Shown one piece after another: positions 56,625-64,000 of a stretch of 64,000 bases of DNA. The notes beneath the pieces were generated by a model that made no database searches, had not been told where the DNA came from, and worked only from the letters and a program-made list of their open reading frames with translations. Every line of letters starts with the position of its first letter. Positions within the stretch are counted from its first letter, which is position 1. The position numbers and the translations under genes are program-made. Source of the stretch: Eimeria praecox (lineage: Eukaryota); contig OY986947.1 in NCBI GenBank assembly GCA_963920595.1, positions 558,001 through 622,000 on the forward strand, read 5' to 3'.

Positions 56625-57271
56625 CTAGGAGGGGTGTGCGGGCGCCGCTGCCTGTTCTCGGGGAGACGAGCCAGAAGCAACTCTTCCGCTGGCCTGTTCT
56701 ATAGAAGCTTCGCCTGTCCTGTACCTTATCGCGCTGACAAGCGAGTGAGCATCCAATTCACAACTTAAGCACCCCTGCGTCCCTGCAAGCATCTGCAAGG
56801 CCCCTCACTTTGCAGGAAATGCCACTACAGCGCTTGTTTGCAACGAGTGTTCCTGGACTAGAGAGCCATTGCTGCTTCGGTACGCCCACATTTGCGTATT
56901 TACGCCGTGCACAACCCCACAATCCCATGTCGGAACCTTACAAAACAAGACGGATCTGGTTTTTCTGCGAGCTTCCGTGTTGTAAATATGTAGCTTCTTG
57001 AGGCTGTAATGGATGCGATGACCTTGAAGCACTGGGCGACCATGTATACCAGAGCGGCAGCTATTACCAACAGGTACATTGTCGGGAGAGGCGCTCCAGC
57101 GCGTTTCCTTGTGCCTCCCTGAGAAAGGTAACTTTGGCTGTGCTCAATAGCCTCATCATGCCATCGAATGCCTTCAAAGCCAGGAGGCGAAATGCCTATG
57201 CCTTGCAGACCGTTGGCCGCCGCCACACCCAGCGCCCGGAAGGCAATGATAAATGACAAGAAACGAAGCAT
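56625..57271 (-). CDS. Putative two-exon secreted/membrane protein (~160-165 aa) with signal peptide, TM helix and 'QCF..RKLAE' motif typical of Eimeria-specific gene families
   Basis: ATG at 57271 (GGAAATG) followed by MLRFLSFIIAFRALGVAAA. Hydrophobic stretch YLLVIAAALVYMVAQCF, then TRKLAE..C. A GTAAGG donor follows 56942 (phase 0). In-frame CAG acceptors precede 56792 or 56774, and the frame is open to TAG at 56625. Exon 2 is tentative. Confidence 0.6.
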
Positions 57272-57829
57272 TTCCGATGAAGACTAATTAGTTGTCCTAT
57301 TGTGTCATCATCAATTAAAGTGATTTACTTGGAGTTCAGTCTTAAAGTAACCCGTGTAGCTCAATGTTCTGATGCTGCAGTTAACTCTCGGGGCTGCAGC
57401 TGCCATCTACAGATCTGCGCAAGCAGGTTATATCATTCTCTTACCATATAAATTCCATAATTATTCGGAATTATTAACCTTCATTAGTGAATGTGCGTAC
57501 GATACCATGACAGGTTCGGTTTTATTGTGCCGCCAGAGCGTCGGGCGTCACACGTATGTACCATGATGCAGCAACGGTCATCGCTGCCACCTGAGTGGAG
57601 CATAGCCTCTCGTACGTTGGTGCGTGCGGTTTTACTTGCTTGCGTGCTGACTGTTAATGGCCAAGTGCTCAACACTTGTCTATTGTGTGTGGTGCTTGCA
57701 GTAAAGGGGACACGGTTGTCCATGCCTGCTGCTTGCTGTAGCAAGCTCTGCGTGGTCTTGGTACTGGTATCCATACTTGCTCACAGGCTGATTACGGGGA
57801 GTTATGCAAGCTTTTAAAGACTGTCTAAC

Positions 57830-59050
57830 ACACAGTCTACAGTGGTAGCGCATGCGGCAAGGGGGCCTTGCTTGTGTGTGCATGTAGGGCCATCCTGCAG
57901 CACTACCTGCAGCAACATGCGCTGGAGCCCATGGCAGGCCTGTCTGCATCCGCACGATCCCAGGTCACTGGGCATATGTACCAAGTTGGCTTGGAAGCTA
58001 GAGGAGTGGTCAGCTTCCTTTTTCGAACACATCTTCAAGTATTGACGCTGTTGCAGCTCGCGAGGGCCCACGGTCAAGATCGAGGGATCCCGTTTACACC
58101 TGGTAGTACCGTATGATTTGTCGGTGCAGGCGTGAGCAACGAATGCCACCCCTGCAGGGGAGTTTGCCGTGTAGCAACAGCTAGTGGAAGAAATTCGAAG
58201 GGGGGCCATTTAGCGATTTGGGGACAAATCACCGTGCAATCATCCGCCTTTTCTTCCTGCGTAATGTAGATTGATCATGATCTGCCCTCAGATGAGGAGG
58301 GAATCCACGGTCAACAGCGTGGCTCATCCCAAAATACAATTTTTCCATCCTGTTCGGTGGAAAGTGCACTTTCACCAAAAACAGTTCATGAAGAGTGGCC
58401 CCGCCCTGACGGCCGTCTAGATATGACAGGCGCCGCCATGCAGAAGGAGGAAAGGAGTTCCTTGCTTCCCGAGACCAATACCTCCGTCTTCAAAACACAG
58501 GGGAAGAGCTCCAAGTCGTATGGGCATCTCGCGACGGTGGTTGCTACAAGCATCAAGGGAGTATACCTCGTATTGACTCAAACAGCATGTGCATCATCTG
58601 CGCTAAGAGGATTGAAACCAGCGTTTAAAGGAAAAAAGGAACTGCGCAGTGGCACTACTGAGCAGGAGGAAAAAATTCACGCGCACCGTTGTGATGCTCG
58701 GACAAAGGCTGCAGTTTCGATGGGTCCGTTCCAGTCAATGCCTATGGAACAAAAGAAGCGGCTATAATTGAAGGAAGAGTTCTCAGACGTGCTGAATAGC
58801 AAGGAGGTCCCAGCGGGTCGTTCAGCCGCTGGATGCTCAATGCACCTCACCAAACTCATTCCCGGAACAGTACCCAGCTGTATTCCACAATGCTGGCGAT
58901 ACCCGCTTCTTGAAGAAAATCGAACAACCAAGACACTGCTAGAAACGGCAAAGTTCAATCTTCATCCAGCGTTCTTTGATACAATTCGGGGTTGAGGAAG
59001 CAAAAGGACAGAAGGAACCTGATGAAAAGCACCCGCTACAAAACAGAAAC
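57830..59050 (+). mobile_element. Decayed Ty3/gypsy (chromovirus-like) gag-pol fragment: protease-proximal to pre-RT region
   Basis: LKEEFSDVLNSKEVPAGRS..HLTKLIPGTVPSCIPQCWRYPLLEE (58768-58920) matches the gypsy pre-RT pattern L.EF.DVF..LP.G.PP..H.I.L.PG..P..YR.SP.E. VPYDL occurs near 58106, with a possible eroded GH zinc knuckle near 57890. Stops and frameshifts are present; no LTR was identified. Confidence 0.55.
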
Positions 59051-60451
59051 GACAAGCGGCGCAGACCCGCTCAGTGTACCATTCCTGTGTTGGGCGGCTA
59101 TCCGCACGAAGGCGTGTACTGGTTTAAGAGAGGGGGAGGCAGATTCAGCATTCTTTGCGTGATGTTGACACTCGTACCGCTACTTCCTCACCTGCTCACT
59201 ATGGTGGGGCAAGCCAGCGTTTAACGATAGCCTACAGGACACTCTACAATGCTATATCATGCAGCAAAAGGGGTGTTGGCTGCCCGTGCATGTGATGCTG
59301 CCTTGCAGCACTGGCTGCAGCATTGTTGCCCGCAGCCTATGACAGGCCAACGTGTAGCACGCTCTGCCGTATGCGGGTACTAGTTTCTAGTTCACCGGCT
59401 GACAACGAAAGATCATGTAAGCGTTTGAAGACATCTTAAACTGCAGTCTATAATGGTACAGCACGCAGAAAAGGGGCGTAGGTTGTGCGTGCATGCGTAG
59501 CTGTCTTGCAGCACCAGCTGCTACAAGGTACGTTGCAGGCGTTGGCAGGCCTGTCCATGCCGGCAAAACCCATCAAGCCAGGCCCTTTAGCCGCTGTACC
59601 CCGGTAGCCAGGAGGCTGGAATGGAGATGAGATGTTGGCGGCCTGACCTCTTCTTAAGCATGCGGATCTATTGTAGCTCACGGGGATCCTCAGCAAAGTT
59701 CAAGGACTATCCATGACACACGCCGTACCCACACCAGTCCTTGGGCCTTGCGTAGTTGTGCTCAGGATGCCTACACGTTTGAGACAAGACCTAATTCTTG
59801 CTAGTTCTTTCTTTATGCATTTCACTCTCCTGCAGGTCGCAGCATTCCTCGGGTAGGATTGAGGACTCACCGTTCAAGCACCACTAGCGGCACACCCAAC
59901 CGTCGTTTTGTTGCATGCGCGAGCACTGTGCATTGTAGTGTAAACAGTTGTTTTAAATAGTTTCTTGGATCCCCATAGCCACCATGAAATCAAGCAGAGG
60001 TGCATGTACCAGCGCCACACAAAGTACACGCTCCCATGCACGTTGTAGCAGGGTCAAGCATGCTCAATCAACTCTCCCGTTGGCACCCTCTAGCCCCACA
60101 TTCCTGTGGAGTGATCAATTATTCCAGCCTTTTGTGTGATCAAGTACTAGAAGTTAATTGCATAGAAGCACTGCGCATGCTCTAAAGTGCAGCTACAATC
60201 GTATTGCCCGGTAACGCGTTGCTGACACCAGAAGCGTCAGGGTGGCCTTCCATTTTTGCAATTGCTCAGCTTGAACCCGTTAAGCAGGGGGAACTGATTT
60301 TTCCATCTTTGTTAAAAGCCTAGAGTTTATGCGTTGAACCCAACAGATTTGCTGTTCCGCTGGCCTGGCCTGAGCCCAACTTGTGTGCGCCAAATCTCGC
60401 ACATACGGCACTCGTTGCTTGTCTACGTATGTGGCTTGCATTATATAAACA

Positions 60452-61393
60452 ATGGAAACGCGCTTTTTGATTAAAATGATGGTTTTGTTGGGTTACTTCT
60501 TCTTAACGTTGGCATTTGCCGCGTCTCCTGCCACTAGTGAGGAGCCTACGCTGCACACACAGCGGCAGGGGACAACCAGCGCTTCTTCTCTTCTTGCAAA
60601 ACCAATACGTTTAATTTTAAGTGACCTTGATGGCACTCTTGTAGGTAAAAACGGTGTCTTGCACCCAAACAATGTGGAGGCCTTCAGACTGGCGCGTTCT
60701 TTGGGGATTCAAGTGGCGATGGCCACTGGCCGCCCCCGCACGAGCGTTCTGGAGCTGCTGGGCGAACGAAATTTGGAGAAAATGGAATTTTCAGGGAACC
60801 CAGGAATTTATCTTAACGGAGCGTACGTCTTGGGACCCTCGGGAGAGGTCCTGCGGGATAGCCCACTAGCGGCCAGTACTCTCAAGCATGTCCTGAATGT
60901 TGTGGAAGAAGAGGGGCTGCTAGACAGAGCAGTAGGGGTTACCGAAGGGCCTTTGATTTTCTTCAAAGACGAATCCTCATCGCTTCATTCCCGTGTGCAC
61001 AAAGTGCACGTTGAAGGCGAGCCTGCTGCGGTGGCGGTCGTTCGCCACCGACTGGAGGCGAAGTTGGGAGACTCAGTTGGCTTTGCGCAGAGTCACCCGA
61101 GGGCTTTTGAAGTATTGGAGCCCGGTATGAACAAAGGGGAGGCTCTGCGTCTGCTGTGTGCCGCTTTGGGTATCCACCCTGACGAGGTCTTAGCCTTAGG
61201 CAACGCCCGCAACGACTTGCCCATGTTCGAAGTAGCAGGCACAGCCGTGGCAGTTGGAGATGGATACGATATTGCAAAGGAAGCAGCAGACTTTGTTACA
61301 GTTCCGAGCACGCAAGGGGCGTTGATGGAGGTGTTGCAGTACATCAAAGCCAGAAACCTCTCCCCCAACTCGGACTCCACTGAAACCGCGTAA
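60452..61393 (+). CDS. Cof-type (class IIB) HAD-superfamily hydrolase/phosphatase with N-terminal signal peptide, single exon, 313 aa
   Basis: Motif I LILSDLDGTL, motif II MATGR, IYLNGAYV, motif III NKGEAL and motif IV ALGNARNDLPMF are all present. Hydrophobic leader MMVLLGYFFLTLAFAA; start context AAACAATGG. Confidence 0.95.
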   Translation: METRFLIKMMVLLGYFFLTLAFAASPATSEEPTLHTQRQGTTSASSLLAKPIRLILSDLDGTLVGKNGVLHPNNVEAFRLARSLGIQVAMATGRPRTSVLELLGERNLEKMEFSGNPGIYLNGAYVLGPSGEVLRDSPLAASTLKHVLNVVEEEGLLDRAVGVTEGPLIFFKDESSSLHSRVHKVHVEGEPAAVAVVRHRLEAKLGDSVGFAQSHPRAFEVLEPGMNKGEALRLLCAALGIHPDEVLALGNARNDLPMFEVAGTAVAVGDGYDIAKEAADFVTVPSTQGALMEVLQYIKARNLSPNSDSTETA

Positions 61394-62572
61394 AGCCCAT
61401 AAAATAATTCTCTATGGAATTACACAGCAGAGTGTGAAAACAAATTGTTGTCAGCAGGAAACGCTGCTTTCGGAAACGGTTCGATCAGACGCTGCTGCTT
61501 TTCCTCTCGATCTGGGTGGTGGTGGTGCCGTCTTGGAGTTTCCCATTATATTTTGTGCAGCGGAGTGCAGATAATGCAGCCAACTAAAGAGGTGGATGCA
61601 GTCTAGCACTTCACATTCATGTATCCTGTTTTCCCCAATGAGGTGCCAGGAAGGAGCGAAAGGCGCTTCTTCCTGTTCTCTTATCGTAGATGCTGTTGCT
61701 AAGCGCTTGCCAACTCCCTGAAGAAATTTGTCCAGGGTTTGGCCTTTCGATCATATTTGCTCCAAAGGTTCTCGAGGACACAGAAAGGCGGAGCAGCAGG
61801 CAGGTAACGCCAGTGGCAGCATCACAGCGTAAATGATAGACAGCAAACATAGTTGTATTGTAATTTGATTCTTATTTACGTCCCAACTGGGTTTATTTCG
61901 CTCATGTTCTAGTTAATCTTGCCGCTTTGCACCGGCTCTTTATTCTTGCTGGCCCTGCATTCAGACGCTAGCGTGGTTGCCCGGCCTAAAACCCGAAGGT
62001 CTGGGGGCTTTAAGTTTCTTTCTTTGCTGCTTCCCTTATAAAACAAAGGGCAAATTGATTTTATATCAAGGCAGATGGCTCTCAAGTGCAACTGCATTTG
62101 CCACAACTGCACTGTTTGCTGTCGATGAATACGCTTGCTTTAGTTTCGCAGCGGAAACTGAAACTGATGCTGAAGCCGCAGACATAGTTGCTGCATTTAC
62201 TGCTGAGTTAAGTGTTACTTGGTTACGCAAATGGTTTTCGAGAATACATGCCTATTTCGCTTGCCTCCTCCTGCTGGCCGTGGCCTTCGACATAGTAGTA
62301 CTACTGCCCCGCCAACTCTCTGACCGCCTTGGGCCCGCCCTGCAGGCCCAAGGCGATCAGAGAGTTCCTTGAGAGTTCCGGGAGCAGGCACATGATACTT
62401 AAACCATTCTGCGCATACTTTTAAAGGAGGTTCAGGATTTCCCCCCTATGATTTCAAGTGTATGATTTGGCGCTAGAGCCAGCTGAGATACAAGACTGGT
62501 AAAATCACGTGTATTCCGTCTGCACGCTTGTAGAAATAGACTTCCTCGCTGAAGTAAAGGTAGTTGAGTTTA

Positions 62573-62626
62573 GTATATATATATATGTGTGTGTATGCAT
62601 GTGTGCGTGCATGCGTATGCGTATAT
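62573..62626. repeat. Compound TA/TG/GCAT alternating purine-pyrimidine microsatellite
   Basis: GTATATATATATATGTGTGTGTATGCATGTGTGCGTGCATGCGTATGCGTATAT is an unbroken RY alternation of 54 bp. Confidence 0.9.
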
Positions 62627-62782
62627 CTGTGTGGGTGTGCAATGCTGTTTTTCTAAGTGCAGCGGTGCTTTAGCTCACTGCGGATGCATTTCACGAATGC
62701 ACCCGTCCGCTCAGATTAACTTGCTACTATTAGAGGATTGACAGGGTAAGCAGCAGTAAAGTGAGCGACAAAGGGATGGAAT

Positions 62783-62989
62783 GTGTACCTCAAGTTAGCA
62801 CTATCCAAGCGATCAACCATAAAAAGCATTGAATACCTTCAGAGCGGGGCCATAGGGTGTGTACTCACTAACGAGCATTGCTTTAGGCCAGATCTCTGGA
62901 CCAGCTTTCTGTTAGAGATGCATATTAAACGCTTCGCCCTGCTACACTGGCCTGTTGTAAGGAATACACTGGGAGGTGGGCACACATGA
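62783..62989 (+). mobile_element. Possible decayed Ty3/gypsy integrase core fragment
   Basis: FRPDLWTSFLLEMHIKR has the spacing of the gypsy integrase segment F.S.LW..L...F.IKR. The catalytic SDRDP and HPQ.DG motifs are not retained. Confidence 0.3.
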
Positions 62990-64000
62990 TTTGGTGGCAG
63001 TGTTTATTTACTGAAAGTCCTTTCCAGTAGGTGGAACATACAAAAGTTAAACCAGATGTGGCTTGGTATTTGTGGTGCGTGATCGTCTGAAATGCATATG
63101 AAGGTTAAATTCCAATTTTTTAGAGGTGACGCCAAAGCCACCACTGCTCATTGGGCACCGGCCAACTGGGACTGGCTCACAAGATGGAAATGCTTGTATA
63201 CGTGCTTGTACCGGTGAATTTATGAAGAGCACAACTCAGCCTGTGGGAAATTTGAAGGAATTTATTGCGTCGTGAATGCTGAGGGGCCGGCATCACAGAC
63301 CGCCGAAGCATCGGCGCACGCCGATGCAAGGATACATCGGAGAGCGACGAATCGCGGATTTCAGGCGTCTTACTGGCATAAATGCTTGAATTAATGACGA
63401 TAGACAATCACCTTATGGTGCGTTTAGCATGCTTCGAGACTATTTGAGCTTGCAAAAGCTGAACCATCGGCCCTTTGGGAAATTAGAACCGGCGGTCACC
63501 TCCTTCCGTTCGCGGGTCAATTGGTGGAAGGAGCGAAATGCAACAAAGGGTCTTCGAGAAGTATTTCGTAAAACAAGCAGTAATAAAATATTCATTTATT
63601 TCTTTAACCAGATTTGAGCGTCTACTGGAGGAAACCTTCGCCACACGTGCCACGGCGGTTTGTTGAACCACCAGTGTCGGGCAGTTCACGTTTTGTGCTC
63701 GGGCAATTCACATGATGCATCCAAATACCGCTCGGGGGGGTGCAACAAACAAACAAAATATTCGAGAGATTAATTGTTTAACTCAGCCTGAAACAATTGG
63801 ACCAACGTTCCTTTGAAACTGGAAGCTGTGCGGGCTCGTCGACTGTACAGGCTGTTGGTATTGCATTTCAGGAACGTGGTCGCCTACAGTTGCACCTCAG
63901 ATCTATTTCAACTCTATCGAATTGTGCACACCGATCGATATAAAATCTTCGGGGTGGAGTAGCGAAGCTTGTTAATCGCATTTCATATCCTTCTCTTTTC

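Noticed and set aside
61977..62372. 131-aa plus-strand ORF
   Set aside because: Non-ATG start, no domain motif and low-complexity Ala content; not supportable as a gene.

Overview
Eukaryotic DNA, most likely a coccidian apicomplexan (Eimeria/Cyclospora-like). This is inferred from TGCATGC motifs, microneme-type Apple/PAN fossils, a signal peptide-TM-'RKLA' gene and chromovirus-like fragments. About 75% of the window is two head-to-tail arrays of near-identical units: array A (318-30199, ~4.24 kb unit, ~6.9 copies) and array B (33220-51575, ~4.0 kb unit, ~4.6 copies). Neither unit holds an intact gene. Minus-strand translation across both units, the spacer and the right flank repeatedly gives broken Apple/PAN-domain motifs of the TgMIC4/EtMIC5 type, beginning at an ATG plus signal-peptide-like segment at 54872. 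The best reading is a very large, long-dead multi-Apple adhesin locus whose remains were recently re-amplified into two macrosatellites, with mosaic conversion tracts. The right end holds a putative two-exon secreted/membrane gene (-), decayed Ty3/gypsy fragments and one clear intact gene, a signal-peptide-bearing Cof-type HAD hydrolase (60452-61393, +). All homology calls are by eye against remembered consensus sequences and need HMM/BLAST confirmation.
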